34,415 nucleotides of DNA, from IMG/VR virus record IMGVR_UViG_3300047282_000437, positions 1 through 34,415 of that record. One strand, given 5' to 3'. The stretch's first letter is position 1. Each line of letters starts with the position of its first letter. Made by a program: the position numbers and the translations under genes. The DNA comes from a virus. Lineage: Duplodnaviria; Caudoviricetes. Below, in pieces: positions 14,408 to 23,978 of the stretch. The notes under the pieces are model-generated. The model worked only from the letters and a program-made list of their open reading frames with translations, was not told where the DNA came from and ran no database searches.

Positions 14408-15402
14408 ACTTTCTTCCAATTGTTAAACTTAATTTTTGCTTCTAAACCTGAGTAGATATTTGATTCTAACACATTCATAACATTAAGTCCAGCGAGCACC
14501 ATGTCATTGATATCTTTTTTCTCAATGGATGTTGGCCAAATAATTACCTTGTCTCCTCTGTCGATAGTCTTTGATATTCGATTGACGATTTCTTTGTTTC
14601 TGGGTTCATTGTCGAAAACAAATGCACAATTAGGATAATGTAACCGATCAAGTACGAAATCACTCCCACACATTGCAATACTGTTATCAACGAACATTGA
14701 GTCAAAAGGTCCTTCAATGATGTAAACAAGTTTTGAAGGATTAATTTTTTCAAGACCATAAACTTTTGGAGCATCATCAGAAAGCATCACAGTGATATAT
14801 TTAACAGGGTTCGGACCTAGTGCTCTTCCCTGAAAACCAATCAGATTGCTCTCAGTATCATACATTGGTATAATAATGCGACTCTCATCCCTACCGATAG
14901 TGTCGAATGTAACTTTTTGAGTGTTAGTCCACTCTTTGAATTTGTGAGCAAAATAAAACTTTTCAGGATCGAGTCGCCTTTTTTCTAGATATTCTCTAGC
15001 AATTTTTACTTCTGATGCTCTGGGCAGATCCAACTTTTTCACGTTTTTCGAATTTTCACGTTTTTTGAAAAAGTCGGGTTTCTGAAAATTGAAATTTGGT
15101 TCTTCTACAACGAAGTTCTTACCAGTATGACCTTCCTTGAACTTCTCCATCGTATACTGTTTATGCAAAACAGAATCCAATTCCTTGAGAAAATTATTAA
15201 AAGACATACTGGCACCACAGTTGTGGCACTTAAAGTTCGTATTATTCTTTACTGGATATAGATATCCCCTTGTCTTGTTCTTGTTCTTCTGGGAATCCCC
15301 ACAAATAGGGCAGCGGAAATTGTAGAGATCCGCTTTAACCCTCTTAAATTTTTGCAAGCGTGATGAAACTAGTCCAATGTACTTGGAGTCAATAAAATCC
15401 AT
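14404..15402 (-). CDS. gp61: DNA primase (T4 gp61-like)
   Basis: NFRCPICGDS..CHNC zinc finger; EGPFDSMF and FDNE TOPRIM motifs; KDINDM. Confidence 0.95.
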   Translation of the reverse strand: MDFIDSKYIGLVSSRLQKFKRVKADLYNFRCPICGDSQKNKNKTRGYLYPVKNNTNFKCHNCGASMSFNNFLKELDSVLHKQYTMEKFKEGHTGKNFVVEEPNFNFQKPDFFKKRENSKNVKKLDLPRASEVKIAREYLEKRRLDPEKFYFAHKFKEWTNTQKVTFDTIGRDESRIIIPMYDTESNLIGFQGRALGPNPVKYITVMLSDDAPKVYGLEKINPSKLVYIIEGPFDSMFVDNSIAMCGSDFVLDRLHYPNCAFVFDNEPRNKEIVNRISKTIDRGDKVIIWPTSIEKKDINDMVLAGLNVMNVLESNIYSGLEAKIKFNNWKKV

Positions 15403-15415
15403 TATGAAGGAGGTA

Positions 15416-15775
15416 TTACTTCGTTCTCTCTATTGTAGCAGGGGTAGGAGTGGGAGTCAATAACTTTCCGGGTCCAAATGCATTAATAACCCCAAGTAAT
15501 ATTGTCGATAATGCAAGTGCCCCACCAATGTACCATCTAAACTTATTAAGACTTTCAAGTTCAATTCCAATATCTTTGACTTGTTTTGAAAGTTCGCTAT
15601 CTTCTCTAGTACATTGAATCAAACGTTCATCGTGAACTGCAAGCATTTTGCAAATATTTTGATTTGTTTCACTTAATTTTTGAATTGCAGTATCAACTTT
15701 CTCAATGATTTGTTCATGAGCCTTGAATCTTTCTTGAAGAACTGCTATTTGAACTTTTGAGTCGTTGCTGAACAT
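15416..15775 (-). CDS. Coiled-coil protein with C-terminal TM helix
   Basis: ATG 15775 just after the upstream stop; heptad region then WYIGGALALSTILLGVI. Confidence 0.7.
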   Translation of the reverse strand: MFSNDSKVQIAVLQERFKAHEQIIEKVDTAIQKLSETNQNICKMLAVHDERLIQCTREDSELSKQVKDIGIELESLNKFRWYIGGALALSTILLGVINAFGPGKLLTPTPTPATIERTK

Positions 15776-15779
15776 GATT

Positions 15780-15971
15780 CTATTGTGGTGGTTTTCTTTT
15801 TTGTAACCAATTTCTACGAAATCCTTTACCGTAAATATATTTTTTACCCTTAAAAACCGGTGGATTATCTCCAGCTTCAAATGTACCTGCAATTTTACCA
15901 GAACCAAGATTCATTGTAGGTGACTCTTCTTTGAGATAACGAACAATATCTATAATTTTATTAATATCCAT
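15780..15971 (-). CDS. Small hypothetical late protein
   Basis: 63-aa ORF coupled to the upstream stop. Confidence 0.7.
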   Translation of the reverse strand: MDINKIIDIVRYLKEESPTMNLGSGKIAGTFEAGDNPPVFKGKKYIYGKGFRRNWLQKRKPPQ

Positions 15972-16342
15972 TAGATTGAATTAAGTTTTTCTGTGCAAAA
16001 ATTATCTTCTAATATTTCATGAATATGAGTTTTTGGAAACTCTGGAATTCTATTTAAAAATATCAAAAAACTTTTAATCGCACCCCAAAGATCTTGATCT
16101 AAATTATAAAATAATAATGGAACAGCAGCATCATTAAATACATTAAATAAAATCGTTAGATGATTTAAAATTAAATGAGTTTTTAAGACTCCAGTATTTT
16201 TATATCTTTTGAGGAGTCTTTTAATATATTTAATTCGCTTTAAATCATCCTCAAAGTCTTCTTTAGTAAGAGCATGTGGATTATCGTAAAATTTTATAGC
16301 AAATAACAAATAGTTATTTTCATTCAACTCATCAAATCTCAT
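15971..16342 (-). CDS. Conserved T4-like phage hypothetical protein
   Basis: 123-aa ORF with FAIKFYDNP...LILNHL, recognised from memory as common in T4-like phages. Confidence 0.8.
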   Translation of the reverse strand: MRFDELNENNYLLFAIKFYDNPHALTKEDFEDDLKRIKYIKRLLKRYKNTGVLKTHLILNHLTILFNVFNDAAVPLLFYNLDQDLWGAIKSFLIFLNRIPEFPKTHIHEILEDNFCTEKLNSI

Positions 16343-16351
16343 ATTCCACTA

Positions 16352-16909
16352 TCAACTTTCTGGATATCTAGCGTCGTCTTCAGCATCATTGATAATAGTG
16401 CTTCCGGCAACTAAAGTTTCAGATTTAACTCTAAAGTTTCCGTGAGTATCAACATATGTAGTAACTCCAACCCAACCTGCATGTGCTACAGCATAAGCAG
16501 CATTTTTACTACCTACCGTTCTTCCGGCAGCTACATTTGTTTCAGTAGTTCCTACACCAAAGACCGAAGAAAATCTATTTGATTTTACATCAGGTGCAAA
16601 ATATTGACCATCTTCAAGAGTAAACTTTGGTTTTTGAGTTACAGTATAACCAGCACCAGCAATAGTGTTTAGAGTTGGATGAGGAATTAAAAACTGAGTT
16701 GATCCAATTGAAATTAAAGTCGCTGATGTAATTCCAGAAACAACTGCCTGACCATAAGTAGATCCAGTGCCAACCACCAAAATGTCACCAGTGGAAATTC
16801 CAGCAGTGATAAAAGTGGTTCCACTACCAGTTACAGTTTTGTTGGAAAGATTAATTGTTATAGTTCCAGTAAGATTGCTTAAAGAATCTTTATTGCCCCA
16901 AAGAGACAT
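16352..16909 (-). CDS. Probable virion structural protein
   Basis: TATAAATA upstream; MSLWG start and HAGWV..RVKSETLVA end; Thr/Gly-rich. Confidence 0.7.
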   Translation of the reverse strand: MSLWGNKDSLSNLTGTITINLSNKTVTGSGTTFITAGISTGDILVVGTGSTYGQAVVSGITSATLISIGSTQFLIPHPTLNTIAGAGYTVTQKPKFTLEDGQYFAPDVKSNRFSSVFGVGTTETNVAAGRTVGSKNAAYAVAHAGWVGVTTYVDTHGNFRVKSETLVAGSTIINDAEDDARYPES

Positions 16910-16940
16910 GTTTTTCTACCTATAATTCTTTGTATACAGA

Positions 16941-16977
16941 TATTTATAAAAAAAGGAGACCTTAAGTTTGGTCTCCA
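16941..16977 (-). terminator. Terminator whose T tract runs into a late promoter
   Basis: GGAGACC-AAACTTAA-GGTCTCC then a T run ending in TATAAATA. Confidence 0.75.
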
Positions 16978-16983
16978 ATTAAT

Positions 16984-17181
16984 TCAATTTCCTGGAGTTA
17001 AATCCTTAGCACCTTTATCTTTCAGAGCTGCTTGAGCTTGAATAAGAATTAAAGAAAGAATGCCGTTTGACTTGACCTTTGGGTTTGCTCCGAGTGCTTC
17101 TGAAACTGCAAATAATACAGTTGCAATAAGTGCTTGATTAGCAAGAGCCCATGCGATTAGAGCGGACATAATGACCTCCAT
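16984..17181 (-). CDS. Small hydrophobic membrane protein (start may be 17169)
   Basis: Two hydrophobic segments; GGAGG before the second ATG; CTAAATA upstream. Confidence 0.7.
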   Translation of the reverse strand: MEVIMSALIAWALANQALIATVLFAVSEALGANPKVKSNGILSLILIQAQAALKDKGAKDLTPGN

Positions 17182-17221
17182 GTAAAGAGTATCCTACTTT
17201 ATTTAGAATCATCTAGGATTA

Positions 17222-18778
17222 TTATCGAATTCCTCCCGGATTTCTTTCTAGGACACTCAATGATTGATGATATCTTTCCTCAGGTTCTCTTGGTTCTGGT
17301 TTATCTGGAAAAATTTTGTTCATTCTCATTGCCTTTGGATCTTTCTTTTCTTTATTCGTTCTACCATAATAACCTAAATCTGATAATTTTAAAGCACCCT
17401 TTGGGTGTTTTATTTTTATTCTTTTTGCAGATTCTTCGTCAACCAATTCACCTTCTGGTTCATAAGACATCTTAAGACCCATTGATCTCAATTTATTTTT
17501 TACAAGATTAACTTTTGTCGGAATTGATCTGGGATCTTCCATTCCATCTTCAGTCTTTTTTATTTTTGTTTCCTTTTCATCCTCACATCCACACTCTTCA
17601 CCAAGTTTCTTACCACCACGACGAGCAGTTAGTACAGCGGCAATCGCAGCGTTTCTTCTTTCTTCTTTGGTTCTACCTGCTAATTGAGGAGACTTTGAAG
17701 CATAAAAATCTTTAATAGCCATTCCCATATCAGTTTTAGCAGTGATTTTTTCATCAATCTGCTCACCTTCTGGTTCATATGATGAAGATAATGCAGATAA
17801 ATCAACTCCTTTTTGAGAAGCCATTCTTTGCTTCATTGCAAGATCTTTTTGGGCAGCATCAACTTTTTGTCTTGCCATTAACACCTGACTAGAAGTTGAA
17901 CGATCTTGTGGGTTTTGTTGATTTTGTTGATTTTGTTGTCCTGGTTTTACTTGTTGTCCGGGATTAACTTGTTCTTTAATTTTAGAATTTTCATCAGGAA
18001 AAACTTTAACTAATTTATTATTATTTACTCCCTTACCGGTGAGTTTTCTTTCACCAGTTTCTTCTTTCTTTTTTTCAATCAATTCAGCAAAACCATCTTG
18101 CCAATTATAATCTTCTTTGCGAGTGGCAATTGCTTTACCAACTGCATCACGACGCTTCATTAAATACTTATCAGTCTTATTAACTTTACCATCATTGTTC
18201 ACATCAGAATCTTCTTGACCAACAGGATCCAATCCTTGACCAGATTTTGCTTTTGCAGTTGAGGATCCTGCAGTCTTTTCACTCTTTGAAATTTCACCAT
18301 ACTGCGTCATCTCAACAGAAGAAATATTTGGATTTGCTCTAAGTTCAGAAATCTTAGAGCGAGTTGCCATTCTTACATAAGAATTTCCAGTTTTTTTGTC
18401 TATTACTCTAATTTTATATTTCTTTTCCTCCATTTCAAGAAGTTGATGTAGATATTCACTTTCCTCTATAACTTCCGAAGTGACACCTTCCACAAAAACT
18501 TTATAAAGAGCAGAGATTATATTATCAGTTGCAAGTTGTCTTGTGTCAATTAAATCTTCCCCAAGTAACATTTGCTTTGCTCTTGCCTTAATCTGAGGGG
18601 ATGCATTTGACTTGGAAAGTCGTGCAAGATATGCTTTAGCAACTTGAGCAGGGTTTAACGACGTACCCTTATTCAAAGACTGTCTTACCTTATAACGAGT
18701 ATCATAAGCCAGTTGTCTTGCTTGTTTTTCAATTTTTTCCTTTGCCCCAAAAGCAGAAGATCCTGTAGGTTTTTCCAT
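17222..18778 (-). CDS. Large charged late protein, probable internal virion protein
   Basis: 518 aa; repeated [19 protein letters not shown] motif, Gln-rich tract. Confidence 0.75.
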   Translation of the reverse strand: MEKPTGSSAFGAKEKIEKQARQLAYDTRYKVRQSLNKGTSLNPAQVAKAYLARLSKSNASPQIKARAKQMLLGEDLIDTRQLATDNIISALYKVFVEGVTSEVIEESEYLHQLLEMEEKKYKIRVIDKKTGNSYVRMATRSKISELRANPNISSVEMTQYGEISKSEKTAGSSTAKAKSGQGLDPVGQEDSDVNNDGKVNKTDKYLMKRRDAVGKAIATRKEDYNWQDGFAELIEKKKEETGERKLTGKGVNNNKLVKVFPDENSKIKEQVNPGQQVKPGQQNQQNQQNPQDRSTSSQVLMARQKVDAAQKDLAMKQRMASQKGVDLSALSSSYEPEGEQIDEKITAKTDMGMAIKDFYASKSPQLAGRTKEERRNAAIAAVLTARRGGKKLGEECGCEDEKETKIKKTEDGMEDPRSIPTKVNLVKNKLRSMGLKMSYEPEGELVDEESAKRIKIKHPKGALKLSDLGYYGRTNKEKKDPKAMRMNKIFPDKPEPREPEERYHQSLSVLERNPGGIR

Positions 18779-18794
18779 TGAGAAGATTTAATTG

Positions 18795-20120
18795 CTACTT
18801 TTTCCTGTTTCTATTTATGAAATTCTTAATATAAGCAGTATTCGTCATTTTCATAGCATACTCTCTAAAAGCATCTGTACCGACTTCTCTTTGACTTGCG
18901 GGCACTCCAGACACATCAGTGAACCTTTTGATTTTAGTAATTTGACTCTTATTAGAAGATTCCTCTACAAGTTTTTTAAGATTCTTCATAGGAACTTCTT
19001 GATAATTTTTAGTCTCTACAACATCTTTGATCCAAGACTTAAACATAATATTATCTTCAGTGACACAGATCAAATAGTTAGTTCCACGACGAATGATTTT
19101 ACCAACAAGTCCGGTGTTAAGATTTTCTACAAGTTGACCAATCTTATAAATCTTTTCCTGAATATAATTCTCACGAAGATTCTTCCAATCAAACTTGGGA
19201 GCAATTTCCCACAGAGTCCATCCTTCTTTAATATTCATCGCAGAACGAAGAGTATTATAAAGTTCTTTTGCCTGCTTATTATTCATTGAAGCAGGTACAC
19301 CCTTACGGAATGTCTTATAATCTCCTTCTGCTGCTGCTTTTCTTTGTTTTGATGCCGACATTCCGGTTACATTGTCCTCAGAGTCGGGATCTCTTTCTCC
19401 AGCAGAACGAACTTCAATAGTATCAAACTCATATAATTTTCCATTATAATTTCCAGAAAGTTTTTCAAACTCTTTGACTCTATCAGCACCACCAATAATC
19501 CTAACATTGGAATATCCGTCCATATGCGCTTTTTTAAGCACATCAAAAATAGTGCGATTTACTGGATCATTTATAATTTTTTCACTATGAGATGGAAACA
19601 TCTGTCTCATTACAGATATTTTTGTATCCACATCTAATGGGTTCTTTTTTTTATCTTGAGTTCTAGAAGGAACAATAATATAATCACCATCATCAGAAGA
19701 TTTGGCCACGGTATCCAAAAGTTTTTCATGTCCAATGGTTGGTGGATTAAATCTTCCAAAAGCAATTGTTAAGGTTCCTTTAGTTTTTTCTACTACTGGA
19801 GGAACTTCTTGCCTAATATCTTGTGCTTGAGATTGTTTTGGAATATCTTGAGATTGTACTTGAGTTTGTTGTTTAGGTTCTGATTCTGTTGTAGATTGAG
19901 ATAATCTTTTTTCTTGATCAGACTGTCTAGGATCTTGTTGACCTATTTTTTGACGTTTATTATAAAACTTTAATTGACCATTAACTGTTTTTGCAATAAA
20001 TTCTCCAGTGTTTTTGTCGTACCAATCACCATGTCCATCTCCAACTAGACCCATACGTTGAGCTTGTTGGACAGCAAGTGATTGGGATGCTTCGGATAAA
20101 AATTGGAAAAAATTTTTCAT
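18795..20120 (-). CDS. Cytidylyltransferase-like (HIGH-superfamily) nucleotidyltransferase
   Basis: FGRFNPPTIGH, GADR and MSASKQR motifs; CTS-like N-terminus MKNFFQFLSE. Confidence 0.87.
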   Translation of the reverse strand: MKNFFQFLSEASQSLAVQQAQRMGLVGDGHGDWYDKNTGEFIAKTVNGQLKFYNKRQKIGQQDPRQSDQEKRLSQSTTESEPKQQTQVQSQDIPKQSQAQDIRQEVPPVVEKTKGTLTIAFGRFNPPTIGHEKLLDTVAKSSDDGDYIIVPSRTQDKKKNPLDVDTKISVMRQMFPSHSEKIINDPVNRTIFDVLKKAHMDGYSNVRIIGGADRVKEFEKLSGNYNGKLYEFDTIEVRSAGERDPDSEDNVTGMSASKQRKAAAEGDYKTFRKGVPASMNNKQAKELYNTLRSAMNIKEGWTLWEIAPKFDWKNLRENYIQEKIYKIGQLVENLNTGLVGKIIRRGTNYLICVTEDNIMFKSWIKDVVETKNYQEVPMKNLKKLVEESSNKSQITKIKRFTDVSGVPASQREVGTDAFREYAMKMTNTAYIKNFINRNRKK

Positions 20121-20356
20121 TACTTATTTTTACAGATCTCAGTCGTTATTATTCTTTCATTTGCGACTATATATCGCAAAATACTTGCTCTCATCTTTTT
20201 ATATTTATTCATCGCCATATTTGTTTTGCATAATGAAATTTTTTTATCAAATACACAATAAACGTAGGCGATAAAGTCATTATACTTTCTTTTTGGGGAC
20301 TTTGAATCAGTTTCAAAAGACTGGATCAATTCTATTATTTGAGGATTCATAGTCAA
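20120..20356 (-). CDS. Hypothetical protein
   Basis: 78-aa ORF, stop overlaps the next start. Confidence 0.65.
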   Translation of the reverse strand: MTMNPQIIELIQSFETDSKSPKRKYNDFIAYVYCVFDKKISLCKTNMAMNKYKKMRASILRYIVANERIITTEICKNK

Positions 20357-20387
20357 TAAAATTTAAGATGAAATAAAAAATTACAAA

Positions 20388-20576
20388 TTATTCAACACCA
20401 AGCACTGATTCAATATTATCATCAATATCTCTGATAACAGAACGAATATCAGAAATACGTGGAGGAACACTTACATCATCATAAGTATATCCTTTTTGAG
20501 ATTCAAAAAGCACTTGACGAACTGCAGCAGCAGTGCGAACATCCATTTTAATTGTTACTTTCTTTTCTTTAGTCAT
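20388..20576 (-). CDS. Hypothetical protein
   Basis: 62-aa ORF with ATGA overlap to mazG. Confidence 0.75.
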   Translation of the reverse strand: MTKEKKVTIKMDVRTAAAVRQVLFESQKGYTYDDVSVPPRISDIRSVIRDIDDNIESVLGVE

Positions 20577-20989
20577 CGGTCGTCAGAAGCACGGTTTTCG
20601 GAGAAGTAAACATCAAAAGCACCTTCAGGATAACGCTTGAGAAGTTTTTGCACATTACGAGCAACTACATCATCAATGGTTACATCAAGTGCCATACAAG
20701 CCTGGGCAACATACCACATAGTATCTCCAAGTTCGGTAATCAAATGATCACGATTATCCTCATTAAAAGGTTTGCCTTGAAAGATCATTTTCTTTACAAT
20801 CTCCATAAACTCGCCACCTTCAGCATTGATGCCAACGGCAGCGGTCAGAAGACGCTCAATGTTAGCACCTTTCTCATCCAAAGCAACAAGACGATCAGAG
20901 AGTGCAAGAAAGTCTTTAGATGCATCGGACGTTACGGCATCCACAAACTCTGCATACTTATCAAAATTAACGTGTTTTGCTTTTTCCAT
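20573..20989 (-). CDS. mazG: MazG-like nucleotide pyrophosphohydrolase
   Basis: EGGEFMEIVKK...ELGDTMWY...N..KL..RYP. Confidence 0.92.
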   Translation of the reverse strand: MEKAKHVNFDKYAEFVDAVTSDASKDFLALSDRLVALDEKGANIERLLTAAVGINAEGGEFMEIVKKMIFQGKPFNEDNRDHLITELGDTMWYVAQACMALDVTIDDVVARNVQKLLKRYPEGAFDVYFSENRASDDR

Positions 20990-22368
20990 TAAAATTTAAA
21001 TCCTTCAAACGATTTTTTTGGTTTTTTGTCTTCATCTCTATTATACTCCTCTTCCTGCCCAGAGTCAAGTATATCCTTTTGGGCAGTTTGTTCACAATCA
21101 TAAAGACGCATTTTTGCCCTATCAATACCTACAATAAAACGCTTGTAGATTGTAGGATCATTATATCTATTTTTTAACTGTTTTACCATAATTTGTCCAA
21201 GTTGCTCAAGTTCCTCTGTGCTAATAAGGGCAAACATAAGATCAGCAGTAGCAGGAAGACCAAAGGATTCAGAAGTATCAGTAAGTTCAACATCAGAGCT
21301 ACCATAACCACTACGAGTAGTCTGGGTAGCGGAAACAATTGGAACATTAAATTCAACTGCAAGTCCACGAAGTTCTTCTGCAATTGCCTTAATATACGAA
21401 TAAGAATTAACAGAGAGATTTGACTTATACCTACTGGAAGAACAAATATTAAGGTAATCGATGAAAATAATATCAGGTCTAAATGACTTCTTAAGTGCAA
21501 GTTCATTAAGAAGTGCTTTAAAGTGTCCACTATGAGCAGATGCAGTTGGATATTCCTTAATTATAAGAGTTCCTTGAGTTTTCTTTGCAATGTTTGTTAC
21601 CTTATTTTCAAACATTTGACGCGGAAGATCGGTCAACTGTTGAATAGGCACATTCAAAAGATTTGCGTCAATTCTTTCAGCAATACGCTCTTCTGCCATT
21701 TCCAACGTAATGTACAAAACGTTCCGTCCTTGGAGCAAGACGGAGCTAGCCATATGGCACATGAATAGAGATTTCCCGACACCCGTACCAGCAAGAGCGA
21801 TATTGAGAGTTTTGTTAGGGAGACCACCTTTCGTAATTTTGTTAAAATATTCAAGATCAAATTCAATTTTATCCTCCTTTTTGTGATAAAAGTCATACCG
21901 TTCTTCATAATTTTGAAGGTAATCATGCCCAATGTTATTGTCAAAACTTACAGCAAGTGCATCGGAAAGAATAGTAGGAATGGCATCACGATTCTTGTCT
22001 TTACTATTGCCATCAGCAATATGGATTGATTCCATAAGTGCGAGATAGATGGCACGATCACGACACCATTTTTCAGTAGTATCAAGCAACCATCGGTTTT
22101 CCACTGGAGAATCATTGAGAGATCTATTAATCTCCCTGATTTCCTTGATTTGATCTTCCGTTAAATCTGTACGATTTTCTACTTCAATATTAAGTGCTTC
22201 GACTGTGATTGCCGAACCATATTTAACAATAAATTGGACAATTTCCTCAAAAATAACCTTTTCGGTTTTTTGCTCAAAATAATCTGGTTGAATGAAAGGT
22301 ATGACCTTGCGTGAGTAGTCTTCATTAAATACTAAATTTCGGAGAATGGTCGTCTCAATTCGTTCCAT
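20989..22368 (-). CDS. gp41: Replicative DNA helicase (T4 gp41-like)
   Basis: AGTGVGKS Walker A, YITLEMAE, IFIDYL, SATQTTR, QLKNRY. Confidence 0.96.
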   Translation of the reverse strand: MERIETTILRNLVFNEDYSRKVIPFIQPDYFEQKTEKVIFEEIVQFIVKYGSAITVEALNIEVENRTDLTEDQIKEIREINRSLNDSPVENRWLLDTTEKWCRDRAIYLALMESIHIADGNSKDKNRDAIPTILSDALAVSFDNNIGHDYLQNYEERYDFYHKKEDKIEFDLEYFNKITKGGLPNKTLNIALAGTGVGKSLFMCHMASSVLLQGRNVLYITLEMAEERIAERIDANLLNVPIQQLTDLPRQMFENKVTNIAKKTQGTLIIKEYPTASAHSGHFKALLNELALKKSFRPDIIFIDYLNICSSSRYKSNLSVNSYSYIKAIAEELRGLAVEFNVPIVSATQTTRSGYGSSDVELTDTSESFGLPATADLMFALISTEELEQLGQIMVKQLKNRYNDPTIYKRFIVGIDRAKMRLYDCEQTAQKDILDSGQEEEYNRDEDKKPKKSFEGFKF

Positions 22369-22936
22369 TATTTACCTCATTATCACTGTTCACATAAAAA
22401 ATATTTGGATAATTTCCACTTTTTGCCCTATACCTTAATTGTCTTAAAGTTAGACCCTTTGCCCCACCATTTCTAAAACACTTGGAAGAATCTTCCCATA
22501 TTATACCATAAACTGATATTCTTTTAGAATTATAATTTATTGCAGATTGTTTTATCTTGCTTATAAGTAACGATGATTCTGGCGAATTTATTTTTCCTAG
22601 TTGATTCAATAACAAACTTTGCTCTCTCTTTTTTTGCTTATATTCCTCAGACTGGTGTGCCTGTCTCCAGTTTTTTGAACTCAACCTCGCCTCCGTTAAT
22701 TTTTTACTATCTCGCCTACAACGATTAACTTGATCATTGTAAATCTTATCCAATTCATCATCAGATAAATTTCCACCAAGAAGTTGGAAAGCATATAAAT
22801 CTGATAGATTTTTATACACCAACCAACGACGATAATGAACTTCCTGATGAAGTTTTCTTGGAAGTTTAACTAAATTATTTGGATCATCAGTTCCACCTTC
22901 GTATTTTGGAACAATATGATGAGTATCTATAAACAT
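22355..22936 (-). CDS. Free-standing HNH homing endonuclease between uvsX and gp41
   Basis: N-terminal HHIVPKYEGGTDDPNNLVKL....H...H motif; own late promoter. Confidence 0.87.
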   Translation of the reverse strand: MFIDTHHIVPKYEGGTDDPNNLVKLPRKLHQEVHYRRWLVYKNLSDLYAFQLLGGNLSDDELDKIYNDQVNRCRRDSKKLTEARLSSKNWRQAHQSEEYKQKKREQSLLLNQLGKINSPESSLLISKIKQSAINYNSKRISVYGIIWEDSSKCFRNGGAKGLTLRQLRYRAKSGNYPNIFYVNSDNEVNNGTN

Positions 22937-22967
22937 AAAGTATGGTTAGTAACCATAGTTATTTATA

Positions 22968-23978
22968 TTATTTTTTAGACCCATAAGAAAACTCTTGTCG
23001 GGCAATCTCATCAAGTTTTTCCATAACTTCATCAGTAAAATATTCTTTTGGATTTTTAAGAATTTCTTTTCCGTAAATTTTCTTACCATTAATTTCATAT
23101 CGACCTGCTACATTTTTCCAAAGTCCACCAATCTCACCAAGTTCCAGAAGACCATAGTAACGATCAAGACCACGCTCATCATAATAAAGACGAATCTCAA
23201 CATCCTGATTTTCTTTACTCAATCTGGACTTAACACTCTTTGCCTTAATAATGTTTCCAATAACTTCTGTTCCATCTTTTTCTTTCTTTTTACCTAAATG
23301 AATAATAGTAGAAGCAGCGTATTTAAGACCTGCCCCCCCTCCCATTTCTTGCGTAGGAACATAAGATCCTATGACTTGATATATGTGATTAGTCACGATC
23401 ATAGGAATATTTGCCTGCCCCAACTTGAGAGTGAGCATACGGAAAGCACCTTTAATAAGTTGTGATTTAGTCATATCCCGAACTTCTTTATCATTCAGTG
23501 CATCATTAATCTCCTTACTGGTAGAAAGCATACCCAGTGAGTCTAGCACAAACATACAAGGATTACGTTCTGCTTCTGGTTTTTTCATATAAAGGTCTAC
23601 TGCCTTGAGTGCCTTTCCACGGAACTCTTCTACAGTAACAACATTAACCACAACAAGACGAGAAGTATCAATTCCACGCGACTCTAAAAGAGATTTAGTG
23701 ATGGCAGCTTCAGTATCAAAGTAGAGACAATAACCAGTGGGGTTAGTATCAAGAAAATTCTTAACCACAGCGAGAGAGAAGAAAGTCTTTCCAGTAGAAG
23801 ACTCTCCAGCAATAGCAGTAATCTTATTCCCAGATACACCACCAAATATGCTACCTGAAACCAGTGCATTAAAAATGTACGAACCCGTATCAACATAAGT
23901 CTCAGTCTCATCAATATCAGAAGCAAGTTGTGTATACTCACCACCAATTTCTTTTACAATATCTTTAAGAAAATCCAT
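22968..23978 (-). CDS. uvsX: RecA-like recombinase UvsX
   Basis: GESSTGKT, YFDTE, VLDSLG and MGGG motifs; position after gp43. Confidence 0.96.
   Translation of the reverse strand: MDFLKDIVKEIGGEYTQLASDIDETETYVDTGSYIFNALVSGSIFGGVSGNKITAIAGESSTGKTFFSLAVVKNFLDTNPTGYCLYFDTEAAITKSLLESRGIDTSRLVVVNVVTVEEFRGKALKAVDLYMKKPEAERNPCMFVLDSLGMLSTSKEINDALNDKEVRDMTKSQLIKGAFRMLTLKLGQANIPMIVTNHIYQVIGSYVPTQEMGGGAGLKYAASTIIHLGKKKEKDGTEVIGNIIKAKSVKSRLSKENQDVEIRLYYDERGLDRYYGLLELGEIGGLWKNVAGRYEINGKKIYGKEILKNPKEYFTDEVMEKLDEIARQEFSYGSKK

Noticed and set aside
18792-19289. 165-aa plus-strand ORF and similar antisense or alternate-frame ORFs inside nrdA, gp41, uvsX, gp43 and gp44
   Set aside because: Fully nested in conserved genes; typical shadow frames
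23280-23400. Apparently divergent patch in uvsX (NHIYQVIGSYVPTQE) as a co-conversion tract of the adjacent HNH
   Set aside because: Based only on memory of homologs; needs an alignment I cannot run
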